Program-made: the position numbers and the translations under genes | Shown here: positions 9,567 through 18,573 of the stretch, piece after piece | How the letters are laid out: each line of letters starts with the position of its first letter | How positions within the stretch are numbered: position 1 is the stretch's first letter | Assembly: GCA_964655055.1 (NCBI GenBank) | Contig: CAZZLI010000003.1 | Coordinates: 2,381 to 66,380 of the forward strand | Source: an uncultured Ferruginibacter sp. | Lineage (GTDB): Bacteria; Bacteroidota; Bacteroidia; Chitinophagales; Chitinophagaceae | DNA length: 64,000 nt | Reading direction: 5' to 3' | Notes under the pieces: model-generated | Databases searched by the model: none | The model's input: the letters and a program-made list of their open reading frames with translations, nothing else | What the model was told of the DNA's origin: nothing

Positions 9567-9863
9567 TTACTTGGCCATGTCGTTGACCAGTTTGGTCAGT
9601 TCATCTACCCGCTTGTAGTTGATCAGGTAGTAGATGAACTTCCCATCCCGCTCGGTATTCACAATGCCGGCCTTTCGCAGGATAGCCAGATGCTGGGAAG
9701 CAACCGACTGCTCAAGACGAAGGCGTACATAAATTTCCGTAACAGTGATTTTCTTTTCCTCGTCGATCAGTTTCAGCAACTGCTGACGAAGCTTGTGGTT
9801 GAGGGCCCTGAGGATAAGTGCAGCCTTTTTTACATTGTAGTAATCCATTTTGATCGTGCTCAT
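9567..9863 (-). CDS. ArsR/SmtB family transcriptional regulator
   Basis: 98 aa; LRALNHKLR, QSVASQHLAILRKAGIV and RDGKFIYY winged HTH. Confidence 0.9.
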   Translation of the reverse strand: MSTIKMDYYNVKKAALILRALNHKLRQQLLKLIDEEKKITVTEIYVRLRLEQSVASQHLAILRKAGIVNTERDGKFIYYLINYKRVDELTKLVNDMAK

Positions 9864-9925
9864 GTTCTTGGGTTTTTGATGGATGATGGAATTACTGCCT
9901 TAGATTACATCGTCCTTTCATAGTA

Positions 9926-9959
9926 ATATAAATTTTATATATAAATACGTTCAAAGATA
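9926..9959 (-). promoter_or_regulatory. -7 promoter element (TATCTTTG, 9959-9952) with downstream palindromic candidate operator (9926-9940)
   Basis: CAAAGATA on + strand at 9952-9959. ATATAAA-T-TTTATAT is a perfect inverted repeat in an AT-rich intergenic region. Confidence 0.55.
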
Positions 9960-10011
9960 GAAATTATTGAACGCAATTACAAGGGCTGTTGAATGTTTTC
10001 AAATGATTTTT

Positions 10012-10698
10012 TCAGGAAACAGGATGAGTATAAACAGGTTTACAATAAAAGGGTTCTGCCCCTGGGTTTTTCTCAAAGAGTCCTGCAAGAAAATAATTGT
10101 ACCCTATCTTATTGATTATCTGACAGTTATAAGGATTCAGGCAAAAAACCGATCGAGTACTTTTACTTAATTTTTTCCACTTCACTGCTCCACTGCCTGT
10201 GAAATAAACTGTGGCTGCTGAAAGGAATTGCTGCATAAAAAAATCATCGATGACAACCGCCTGCGGAGCAAAATCGATGTTCAAACACGGATTAAACACC
10301 GCGGTGAACACGTCCATTCTCCGGGCATCAATCATTGGACAGATGAAAAACGGGGAGGCTGTATCCTCTTGTGAAAGCTGCTCCAGCGCATCCGCTGCAA
10401 GGAGTTCCAGTGTATTGATGCAGATCAAGGGTTTGCGCAGGGCATAACAAAGTCCCTTTGCAGCAGACATCCCGATACGCAGTCCGGTATAGGACCCCGG
10501 ACCTGCAGACAAAGCAACCGCGGAGAGTTCATCCTTCTCAATTCCCGTATCATGAAACAGGCCTTCAATTGCCGTATGCAAAAAACTCGCGTGGTTGCCT
10601 GAAACATCGTTACGACGTTCCGACAGAACGGTGCCTTTTGAGGACAGCGATACATACCCCGATTCCAGCGCGGTATCAATGTTAAGGATGAGCGGCAT
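10012..10698 (-). CDS. tsaB: tRNA threonylcarbamoyladenosine biosynthesis protein TsaB
   Basis: ILNIDTA, H...L, GPGSYTGLRIG, KGLCY, PMIDARRMDV. Confidence 0.93.
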   Translation of the reverse strand: MPLILNIDTALESGYVSLSSKGTVLSERRNDVSGNHASFLHTAIEGLFHDTGIEKDELSAVALSAGPGSYTGLRIGMSAAKGLCYALRKPLICINTLELLAADALEQLSQEDTASPFFICPMIDARRMDVFTAVFNPCLNIDFAPQAVVIDDFFMQQFLSAATVYFTGSGAVKWKKLSKSTRSVFCLNPYNCQIINKIGYNYFLAGLFEKNPGAEPFYCKPVYTHPVS

Positions 10699-11293
10699 GC
10701 GTGGCTTCTTTTACCAGGGATTCCGCAGGAACATAGCGTGTACTCTCTTCCGTTAGACGCTGGAGCAAAGCATAAATCCTGCCAGCCCCTATTTTCTCCG
10801 CCCATTCAAAAGGACCGAAAGGGTAATTGGTTCCGTATTTCATGGCGGTATCGATTTCAGTCTTGCTGCTGATATTTGCCCCCAGCGCAAAATAGGCTTC
10901 GTTGATGATCATGGAAATGATCCTGGCCGAAACAAAACCGGGCTGATCGGTTACAGCAACAGGCTCCTTGCTCAGGGCCTTGAAAACGTCCCTCGTATGA
11001 GCGGTCATATGACCCGCAAATTCCCAGCGGGAATGGTGCAGAAAACCGGGCCAGTCATTGATCCGGATCACCCCTTCAATATTCCCGAAATCACCCAGGG
11101 TCCGAATAACTGACCCGAGCAAATAGGGCTTCCCCGCAACAGGCAGAGGCTGTTGAGAAGCGGAGAGGTCGATAAACGCATCTGCAGTGGGATCGAAAAG
11201 GGCCGGATGGTCCACCCGCTTAAAAGAAGAGGTATCCGCAGCGGGTGAGATTTCCTGCCATACCGCTTCGGTGCAACTGATTTCGATACGCAT
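10682..11293 (-). CDS. 3-hydroxyacyl-CoA dehydrogenase C-terminal-domain protein with degenerate N-terminus
   Basis: D.PGFVSARII..IINEA and EIDTAMKYGTNYPFGPFEW are present; no GxGxxG or catalytic His motif. Confidence 0.78.
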   Translation of the reverse strand: MRIEISCTEAVWQEISPAADTSSFKRVDHPALFDPTADAFIDLSASQQPLPVAGKPYLLGSVIRTLGDFGNIEGVIRINDWPGFLHHSRWEFAGHMTAHTRDVFKALSKEPVAVTDQPGFVSARIISMIINEAYFALGANISSKTEIDTAMKYGTNYPFGPFEWAEKIGAGRIYALLQRLTEESTRYVPAESLVKEATHAAHP

Positions 11294-11439
11294 GCGCTCA
11301 GCAATATTCGTGACGGTTATTCAACTAATTTTACGGCCTAAAATTAACCCTGCATTCCGCACAAGACGAAACTATTTTCAAAATTCAGCCGGGTGGCATC
11401 TCTAAATTAGCCGATACACGAAACTGCAAACTAAGCGCC

Positions 11440-11838
11440 ATGCAAAAAAAAATCATCAATACTGCAAAAGCCCCCTCGCCTATCGGGCCCTATAACCAGG
11501 CCGTCTGGGGCGGCAACCTCCTGTTCATCTCCGGACAAGTGCCCCTGGTTCCGGGCACCGACGAAATCATCAGTTCCGACATCGAGGCGGAAACCCATCA
11601 GGTGATGAACAACCTGCAGCAAATTTTGAAGGAAGCCGGGCTGGAATTCCGCCATGTGGTGAAAACCAGCATCTTCCTCAGCGATATGGAACTGTTCGGT
11701 CGCGTCAACAGCGTTTACGCAAAGTACTTTTCCGCCGAATCGGGAGAACCCGCGTATCCGGCCCGGGAAACCGTGGCGGTAAAAGGACTTCCCAGAAATG
11801 CCCGGGTCGAAATCAGTATGATTGCCGTCAGGGATTGA
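11440..11838 (+). CDS. RidA/YjgF family enamine/imine deaminase
   Basis: AP..IGPYNQAV, LFISGQ, VN.VY, PARETV.V..LP....VEI. Confidence 0.92.
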   Translation: MQKKIINTAKAPSPIGPYNQAVWGGNLLFISGQVPLVPGTDEIISSDIEAETHQVMNNLQQILKEAGLEFRHVVKTSIFLSDMELFGRVNSVYAKYFSAESGEPAYPARETVAVKGLPRNARVEISMIAVRD

Positions 11839-11900
11839 TCTGCGCCGAATTCCCATTCCTTGCAGCTCAGTTGTATGATCTTGTTCCAAACGGTTGGCCC

Positions 11901-12830
11901 ATGAACAAACCCCTCGTCATCATCACCGCACCGGCACATCCCCTGCTCAGGGAAAAACTCCTGGAGCAGTCCTATGACGTACTGGATCAGCCTGCCATCA
12001 CCTACGATGAACTGTACGCCATCGTCGAACCGGCAACCGGAATTGTGGTAACGACAAGGATGATGATTGATAAGAACATCCTTGACCGCGCGAAATCGCT
12101 CCAGTGGATTGCACGCCTGGGCAGTGGTATGGAGACGATCGACACGGACTATGCGGAATCAAAAAACATCCGCTGCATCAGCAGCCCCGAAGGAAACCGG
12201 AATGCGGTAGCCGAACACGCACTGGGCATGCTGCTTTCACTGATGAACCATACCGCCAAAGCCTTTTTCGAAGTCAAACAACGGAAATGGCTGAGAAAAG
12301 AAAACAGCGGAACGGAACTTTCCGGAAAAACAGTAGGCATCATCGGCTACGGCAATACCGGAAGCGCATTCGCCCGTCTGCTCGCGGGTTTCGGTGTCAA
12401 GGTGCTTGCCCACGACAAATACCGGAGGGGCTTCGCCTCAGGATACGTGAAAGAGGCAAGTCTCGAAGAGGTCTGCCGCCAGGCACAGGTCATAAGCATG
12501 CATCTTCCACTGACTTCCGAAACCAGGGGCTTCGCCAATGCAGAGTTCTTCAATAACCTTTCAGAGAAACCCTACTTCCTGAATACGGCAAGAGGGCAAC
12601 TGGTTGAAAACAAAATCCTCATCGCGGCCCTGGAAGAAGGACGGATATCCGGAGCGGCCCTGGATGTACTCGAAAACGAGGAGCTGGATACCCTAAGTCC
12701 CCATGAAGAAGCCGAATTCAATACCCTGGTCAACCACCCCCGCGTCATCATCACGCCGCATATCGCGGGCTACTCCAGGGAATCCCGGGAAGGCATGTGC
12801 CGGGTTGTTCTGGAAAAACTGGGTTTCTAA
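11901..12830 (+). CDS. D-isomer-specific 2-hydroxyacid dehydrogenase (phosphoglycerate dehydrogenase-like)
   Basis: ARLGSG, GNRNAVAEH, GIIGYGNTG, LNTARG, LDVLENE, TPHIAG. Start set at ATG 11901. Confidence 0.88.
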   Translation: MNKPLVIITAPAHPLLREKLLEQSYDVLDQPAITYDELYAIVEPATGIVVTTRMMIDKNILDRAKSLQWIARLGSGMETIDTDYAESKNIRCISSPEGNRNAVAEHALGMLLSLMNHTAKAFFEVKQRKWLRKENSGTELSGKTVGIIGYGNTGSAFARLLAGFGVKVLAHDKYRRGFASGYVKEASLEEVCRQAQVISMHLPLTSETRGFANAEFFNNLSEKPYFLNTARGQLVENKILIAALEEGRISGAALDVLENEELDTLSPHEEAEFNTLVNHPRVIITPHIAGYSRESREGMCRVVLEKLGF

Positions 12831-12838
12831 TAAAAATC

Positions 12839-12846
12839 TATATTTG
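12839..12846 (+). promoter_or_regulatory. -7 promoter element TATATTTG for greA
   Basis: Exact TAnnTTTG match 68 nt upstream of the greA ATG. Confidence 0.6.
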
Positions 12847-12852
12847 CATAGC

Positions 12853-12898
12853 TGCAACGCCTTGGATCCTTCCGGGGCGTTGTATTTTTTTTCCTTTT
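12853..12898 (+). terminator. Intrinsic terminator-like hairpin in the greA leader
   Basis: CAACGCCTTGGA-TCCT-TCCGGGGCGTTG (12-bp stem, 2 G-U pairs) followed by TATTTTTTTT. Confidence 0.7.
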
Positions 12899-12914
12899 AC
12901 AGAAACCGAAGATC

Positions 12915-13388
12915 ATGGCAGATACCAACTATGTCACGAAAGAGACGTTCGAAAAAATGAAAGAGGACCTTGCTCGGCTCAAAAGTGTCGACAGACCGGC
13001 CGCAAGCAAGGCCATCGCCGAAGCCCGGGAAAAAGGCGACCTGAAAGAGAATGCGGAATATGATGCCGCAAAAGAAGCCCAGGGACTTCTGGAGGCGAAA
13101 ATAAAATACATGGAAGGCGTCATCGCAACCGCACGCATTGTCGATGAATCCACCATCGATACCAGCAAGGTTTCGATACTCACCAAGGTGACGGTCACCA
13201 ATCTGGGGACGAAAAAACAGGTCACCTACCAGATCGTTTCTGAAAACGAGGCCGACCTCAAACTGGGAAAAATTTCAGTGACTTCCCCGATAGGCAAAGG
13301 ATTATTGGGCAAAACTGCAGGAGATGTTGCCGAAGTGCAGGTTCCGGCGGGTACCCTCAAATTCCAAATTGATCATATCGGCATCTGA
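12915..13388 (+). CDS. greA: Transcription elongation factor GreA
   Basis: IAEAREKGDLKENAEYDAAKE, IS..SPIGKGLLGK. Confidence 0.96.
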   Translation: MADTNYVTKETFEKMKEDLARLKSVDRPAASKAIAEAREKGDLKENAEYDAAKEAQGLLEAKIKYMEGVIATARIVDESTIDTSKVSILTKVTVTNLGTKKQVTYQIVSENEADLKLGKISVTSPIGKGLLGKTAGDVAEVQVPAGTLKFQIDHIGI

Positions 13389-13408
13389 TCCGACCAACAA
13401 GCATTACG

Positions 13409-13807
13409 ATGACCCTTTTTTCCAAAATCATTGCCGGAGAAATCCCCTGCTACAAGATCGCTGAAGATGATGCCTTCTTCGCCTTTCTCGATATTCATCC
13501 GCTTGCGGCCGGCCATGTGCTTGTGATTCCCAAAAAAGAGGTTGACCGCTTTTTCGACCTGGATGATACTGTGCTGAGCCGTATGCTGCTGTTTGCCAGG
13601 CCCATCGCCCATGCGATCGAGCGTTGCTTCCCCTGCAACCGTTGCGGCATCAGCGTACTAGGTCTTGAAGTGCCCCATGCCCATATGCATCTGGTACCGG
13701 TAAACAGTGCCGCCGACCTCAATTTCACGGCGCCGAAACTTTCCCTTTCCGACCCGGCTTTCCGTGAAATACAGCACAAGCTGGTTCAGGCTTTGAATAC
13801 CCGTTAA
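13409..13807 (+). CDS. HIT family nucleotide hydrolase
   Basis: TLFSKIIAGEIP, AFLDI.P...GH.LVIPK, histidine triad HAHMH. Confidence 0.93.
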   Translation: MTLFSKIIAGEIPCYKIAEDDAFFAFLDIHPLAAGHVLVIPKKEVDRFFDLDDTVLSRMLLFARPIAHAIERCFPCNRCGISVLGLEVPHAHMHLVPVNSAADLNFTAPKLSLSDPAFREIQHKLVQALNTR

Positions 13808-14370
13808 CGGCTTACCCTTCCCGGATTTTTCTTGATAAACTCATCCCAACCGCCTTTTCCAACTGTTTTTTTTCCGGGCAACGTCCCATGTTGCTGTAAA
13901 TGATGGCATACCGCTACGGCAAGGGCATCAGAAGCATCGAGGTATTTCGGTTGAAGATCGGTTGCCAGCAGGTGGCGAAGCATCTGCAATACCTGCTCCT
14001 TGGTGGCATTTCCGTTTCCCGTTACCGACTGCTTCACCTTTTTCGGCGAATACTCGGTGACGTCAAGACCATGCCGCATGGCCGCTGCGATGGCCACACC
14101 CTGGGCACGGCCGAGTTTGAGCATGCTTTGCACATTTTTTCCGAAAAAAGGGGCTTCGATGGCGAACACATCGGGGCGATACTTTATGACAAGCCCGCTA
14201 ACAGTATTATATACACGCTGAAGTTTCTTGTAGGGATCATCAGTCTTTCCGGGCCTGAGCGAACCCAGCTCAATCAGTTCTATGGAATTGCCGGAACTCC
14301 TGACAAGCCCGTATCCCATCAGCACTGTGCCGGGATCGATCCCCAGTATTACCGTAGCTTTTTTGGTCAT
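13804..14370 (-). CDS. ruvC: Crossover junction endodeoxyribonuclease RuvC
   Basis: ILGIDPG, AIEAPFF, LGRAQG, VTG.GNA.K.QV, DASDALAVA. Start moved to ATG 14370. Confidence 0.95.
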   Translation of the reverse strand: MTKKATVILGIDPGTVLMGYGLVRSSGNSIELIELGSLRPGKTDDPYKKLQRVYNTVSGLVIKYRPDVFAIEAPFFGKNVQSMLKLGRAQGVAIAAAMRHGLDVTEYSPKKVKQSVTGNGNATKEQVLQMLRHLLATDLQPKYLDASDALAVAVCHHLQQHGTLPGKKTVGKGGWDEFIKKNPGRVSR

Positions 14371-14437
14371 GGTGACGCTCGTTATGCAGGGGCTTCTTCT
14401 GCAAGTATGCCTATATTTGAAGCAAACCCGGAGCTTT

Positions 14438-15424
14438 TTGGATAAGCGCATAAAGATATTGATCAACTGGTTTTTAGGCCCGCTTATTTTCATCCTGCTG
14501 AGCTGGAGCATTTACCGGCAGCTGATGCAACAGCAGGATCTCGCAGCAAGATGGCTGCAGATGAAGGCCGTACTCCGGAATCCGGGCCTGTGGACGGCAG
14601 TTGTTCTTTCCTGCTGCAACTGGGGTATCGAATCACGCAAATGGCAACTCCTGATCCGGCAATTGCAACCCTTCTCCTTAGCACAGGCGTTCAGGTCGGT
14701 ACTGGCCGGTTGCAGCATCACGCTGTTCACCCCAAACCGCATCGGCGAATATGGGGGCCGGATCCTTTTTGTGAACGGCGAAAACCGGCTCAAGGCGATT
14801 TCCCTTAACATCGCCGCAAGCATGAGCCAGCTGTTCATCACCCTTATCATGGGATGCGCAGGGCTCTGCATTTTAAGATTCCGTTCACAGAAAGAAAACG
14901 GGGCTTCACTAATTTTACCGGAGATCTGGTCGAATGCCGTGTTGTTCATCAGCCTGATGATTACCCTGGGCCTGCTGTTCCTCTATCTGCGAATCGGATT
15001 CTGGGTACGGCTTTTCGAGCGGATTCCGGGAAGCACGAAACTGATGAAGCATGTCGCCGTTCTTGAGGATCTAGACCGGAACAGGCTCTACCAACTCCTG
15101 TTCCTCTCGTTGATCCGTTACGGGGTTTTCGTGTTCCAGTACCTGCTGCTGCTTCATGTTATGGGCGTTGAACTTGATGCATGGACCGGCTTCTGGACGA
15201 TAACGGTATTCTATCTGCTCGTGACGGCGGCACCGTCGATGGGACTGATTGAATTGCCGGTTCGTATCACCGCTCTTTGGACATTGCTGCAGCACCAGAC
15301 CGCCAATGAACTGGGCGTAAGCGGTGCGGCACTGGCCATCTGGATCATCAATCTCGCCGTTCCGGCACTGGCAGGAAGCATGATGATTTTAAGCGTGAAG
15401 ATTTTCAAGGAAAACCATGCATAA
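14438..15424 (+). CDS. Lysylphosphatidylglycerol synthase TM / flippase-like domain membrane protein
   Basis: Multi-TM protein with NWGIE..KW and TPNRIGEYGGR. TTG start at 14438 chosen because TATATTTG lies at 14412-14419; the start is uncertain. Confidence 0.75.
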   Translation: MDKRIKILINWFLGPLIFILLSWSIYRQLMQQQDLAARWLQMKAVLRNPGLWTAVVLSCCNWGIESRKWQLLIRQLQPFSLAQAFRSVLAGCSITLFTPNRIGEYGGRILFVNGENRLKAISLNIAASMSQLFITLIMGCAGLCILRFRSQKENGASLILPEIWSNAVLFISLMITLGLLFLYLRIGFWVRLFERIPGSTKLMKHVAVLEDLDRNRLYQLLFLSLIRYGVFVFQYLLLLHVMGVELDAWTGFWTITVFYLLVTAAPSMGLIELPVRITALWTLLQHQTANELGVSGAALAIWIINLAVPALAGSMMILSVKIFKENHA

Positions 15425-16217
15425 AAAACTCGCTCTATTTGCCCTTCTCGGATACCTTGTCTTCACGGAAGCCCGGGGACAAGACCAGACCTTTTGCGGC
15501 ATTCGCAACAGCTCCTTCCGGCATGGAGAAGAGGTGACGATGAAGGTTTTTTATTCCACCCTGGGCATGTATGTGGGTGCAGGAGAGGCGGTATTCACCA
15601 CCACGCTGGAACGATACAACGGAAAGCCCTCCTATCATTGCGTAGGAGAAGGAAAGTCTTACTCCTTTTTCGACAATTTCTTCAAAGTGCGTGACCGTTA
15701 TGAAACCTATATTGATACCTCGACCATGCTTCCCGTCAAGTTCATGAGAAACACCAACGAAGGCGGCTACAAGATCTATAACAATGTATCGTTCAATCAC
15801 AAGGCCGGTACAGCAACTTCAACCAACGGCGTTTTCAAAACCCCGGACTGTATACAGGATGTGATGAGTGCCATGTATTACGCGCGCAATATCGATTTTG
15901 ACAAATACAAGCCCGGAGACAAGATCCCCTTCGACATGTTTCTCGACGATGAAGTCTATCACCTCTACATCCGCTATCTCGGAAAAGAAAAAATCAAGAC
16001 TCAGTACGGAAGATTCCGCGCCATCAAATTCAAACCGCTGCTTGTGAAAGGAACCATGTTCGATGGTGGCGAGAAAATGACCGCCTGGGTTTCCGACGAT
16101 CCGAACCACCTGATATTGCGTGTAGAAAGTCCCATTTCAGTTGGATCGGTGAAAGTGGATATGTTCGGCTACAAAAACCTGCGCCATCCACTCAACTCAC
16201 TCATCAGCCTGCGATAG
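15417..16217 (+). CDS. DUF3108 domain-containing exported protein
   Basis: Signal peptide; F..GE, FFKVRDRYETY, D..SA.YYAR, W.SDD.N...L..ES.I.VG. Confidence 0.8.
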   Translation: MHKKLALFALLGYLVFTEARGQDQTFCGIRNSSFRHGEEVTMKVFYSTLGMYVGAGEAVFTTTLERYNGKPSYHCVGEGKSYSFFDNFFKVRDRYETYIDTSTMLPVKFMRNTNEGGYKIYNNVSFNHKAGTATSTNGVFKTPDCIQDVMSAMYYARNIDFDKYKPGDKIPFDMFLDDEVYHLYIRYLGKEKIKTQYGRFRAIKFKPLLVKGTMFDGGEKMTAWVSDDPNHLILRVESPISVGSVKVDMFGYKNLRHPLNSLISLR

Positions 16218-16250
16218 GAAAATCCACGAATCCGTCACCGTCGTAGAGCA

Positions 16251-17132
16251 TCAGAGTTCCGCAAGGGTGAATCCTTCTTTTTTGCGAACCCCTTTTTCCG
16301 TGTCGTTAACCGAGCAGCATTCCAACAAGGGATCATGCTCGAAATACAGGATCCAGTCCTGCTTTACGGCTTTTTCCAGAAGCCGCTTCTTTTCCAGCAG
16401 CGTGGTAAGGGGAAACATATCATACCCCATCACATAAGGCAGGGGGAGGTGTGCCGCCGAAGGCATGAGGTCGGCCAGATAAACGATCTGTATTCCCTTG
16501 TAGGCTACAACGGGAAGCATCATGGCATCGGTATGCCCTCCGGCAATGAGGAAAGACAGGCCCGGAATGCCCTCAACAGGTTCCGGCATCAGCGTAGTTG
16601 ACTGGTTTGCCAACAAGGCTTCACTTCGGTATTCAAGAAAAGAAAGCTGACCGCTTTCCTGAATAGGCAGGATATTTTCACGAAGGAAACTGGCCTTCTC
16701 CCGGTCATTGGGTTGTGTGGCCCATGCCCAGTGATTCCTGTTGCTCCAGTAACGGGCGTTGGGAAAAGCGGGAATCAACCGGTCTCCCGCACGGATGATG
16801 CTTCCGCCGCAATGATCGAAATGCAGATGGGTGAGCAACACATCGGTGATGTCGTTTCGGTGAAAGCCATGGGCAGCGAGTGATTTGTCAAGTGTATCCG
16901 TACCATGCAGGTGATAATGGCCGAAAAATTTCGCATCCTGCTTGTCACCGATACCGGTATCCACCAGCAGGAGTCTGTTGCCTTCCTCAATCAGGAGGCA
17001 ACGCATGGCCCAGGAACAAAGATTGTTCTCATCAGCAGGATTCAGCTTGTTCCAGATGCTTTTGGGCACTACGCCGAACATGGCGCCCCCATCGAGTTTA
17101 AAATGTCCGGTGTTTATGGTATACAGTTGCAT
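16251..17132 (-). CDS. MBL fold metallo-hydrolase
   Basis: FKLDGGAMFGVVPK, LVDTGIG, THLHFDHCGG, GHT, FEHDP. Confidence 0.92.
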   Translation of the reverse strand: MQLYTINTGHFKLDGGAMFGVVPKSIWNKLNPADENNLCSWAMRCLLIEEGNRLLLVDTGIGDKQDAKFFGHYHLHGTDTLDKSLAAHGFHRNDITDVLLTHLHFDHCGGSIIRAGDRLIPAFPNARYWSNRNHWAWATQPNDREKASFLRENILPIQESGQLSFLEYRSEALLANQSTTLMPEPVEGIPGLSFLIAGGHTDAMMLPVVAYKGIQIVYLADLMPSAAHLPLPYVMGYDMFPLTTLLEKKRLLEKAVKQDWILYFEHDPLLECCSVNDTEKGVRKKEGFTLAEL

Positions 17133-17155
17133 GACCGTTGATTAAACGAATAAAA

Positions 17156-18469
17156 TCATTCCCTGGACTTTCTCAGACAGAGCGACAGGCCTGCAAGTCC
17201 GATGATGAAAAACACCATCAGGGCCAGCACGCTGTTCCGCTGCGAGCCGGTGAGTTCATTGATGATGCCGAAGGAAAACAAACCGAGTACGATCGCCAGC
17301 TTCTCTGTGACATCATAAAAACTGAAGAAGGAAGCGGTGTCTTTGGTTTCAGGCATCAGTTTGCTGTAGGTACTGCGACTAAGGCTTTGTACACCGCCCA
17401 TAACAAAGCCTACACAGGTACCCAGGATATAAAACTGTGTGATACCCCCTCTGGGAACAAAATAACCGGCAATGCAGATGAGAATCCAGCAGGCTACTAC
17501 TACCATCAATGCCGGAATATTCCCGATGGCGCGTGAAAGTCGTGAAATCAGAAATGCGCCGGGAATGGCCACCAGCTGGATAAGCAGGATGGCCACGATA
17601 AGATTCGGGGTGGGAATATCCAGCTCACTTTTACCATAAAGTGTTGCCGCCAGCATAACCGTTTGCACACCCATGTTATAAAAAAAGAAAGATCCCAAAA
17701 ATTTCTTGAGCCGTGGCAAGGCCTTGAGCTGATGCCAGACCTTGATTAGTTCGTGATACCCACCAACGAGCCAGCCCGAACTGCTTGAAGCTGTTGGACC
17801 TGTTGGCGAAGCGGAAGGCAGGCGACTGACCGCATACCAGCCGAAGAGCAGCCACCATAATCCGGTAACCAAAAATGAGCTTTGATATTGGATGATGCTG
17901 TTCTCGTTGCCGCCGATCAGTTCGGGTCGGAAGATGAATACAAAACAGATACATTGCAGGATCACACTCCCTACATAGCCGAAAGCAAAGCCGCGGGCGC
18001 TCACCCGGTCGCGGTCTTCCGGTGCGGCAATCTCGGGCAGGTAGGAGTTGCTGAACACATAACTGCTCCAGAAACTGAAACAGGCCAGCATCATAAACCC
18101 CACGCCAAGCGATACGGTTGAAGCCCCGGTGAAAAACCAGAGGCAGGAGCAGGAGATGCTGCCCAGGGTGAGGAAAAAACCCAGAAACTTTTTTTTATTG
18201 CCCCGGTTGTCGGCGATGGAGGTAAGCAGCGGCATCACCAATGCCACCGCCAGCAACGATATGGCAAGGGCATAATTATAGAGTGACGTATTCACATAGG
18301 AGTGACCCAGAAAAACAACCTTATCATTACTTGTAGAAGCATCACCGTCACCGGTCATGCTCTCAAAATAGGCCGGGAAAATGGTGGATGTGATGACCAG
18401 GTTGTACACCGAATTGGCCCAGTCGTACATGGCCCATCCGTTGATGGTCTTTTTGTCGGCGGTTTGCAT
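17156..18469 (-). CDS. MFS transporter (UMF1/YxiO/ATG22-like)
   Basis: GWAMYDWANS, NSYLP.IA, RVSARGF..GYVG, GG.QSLSRS.YS, FSFY. Confidence 0.88.
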   Translation of the reverse strand: MQTADKKTINGWAMYDWANSVYNLVITSTIFPAYFESMTGDGDASTSNDKVVFLGHSYVNTSLYNYALAISLLAVALVMPLLTSIADNRGNKKKFLGFFLTLGSISCSCLWFFTGASTVSLGVGFMMLACFSFWSSYVFSNSYLPEIAAPEDRDRVSARGFAFGYVGSVILQCICFVFIFRPELIGGNENSIIQYQSSFLVTGLWWLLFGWYAVSRLPSASPTGPTASSSSGWLVGGYHELIKVWHQLKALPRLKKFLGSFFFYNMGVQTVMLAATLYGKSELDIPTPNLIVAILLIQLVAIPGAFLISRLSRAIGNIPALMVVVACWILICIAGYFVPRGGITQFYILGTCVGFVMGGVQSLSRSTYSKLMPETKDTASFFSFYDVTEKLAIVLGLFSFGIINELTGSQRNSVLALMVFFIIGLAGLSLCLRKSRE

Positions 18470-18573
18470 CAAAGTTCAACTGATACCGATTAACGGCATT
18501 TAGAAATGAAAGTAAGGAAAATTATTCAGCCGGATTTGAAAAGAGGGTTTTGCCGAAGCAAGGGAAAAAGATC

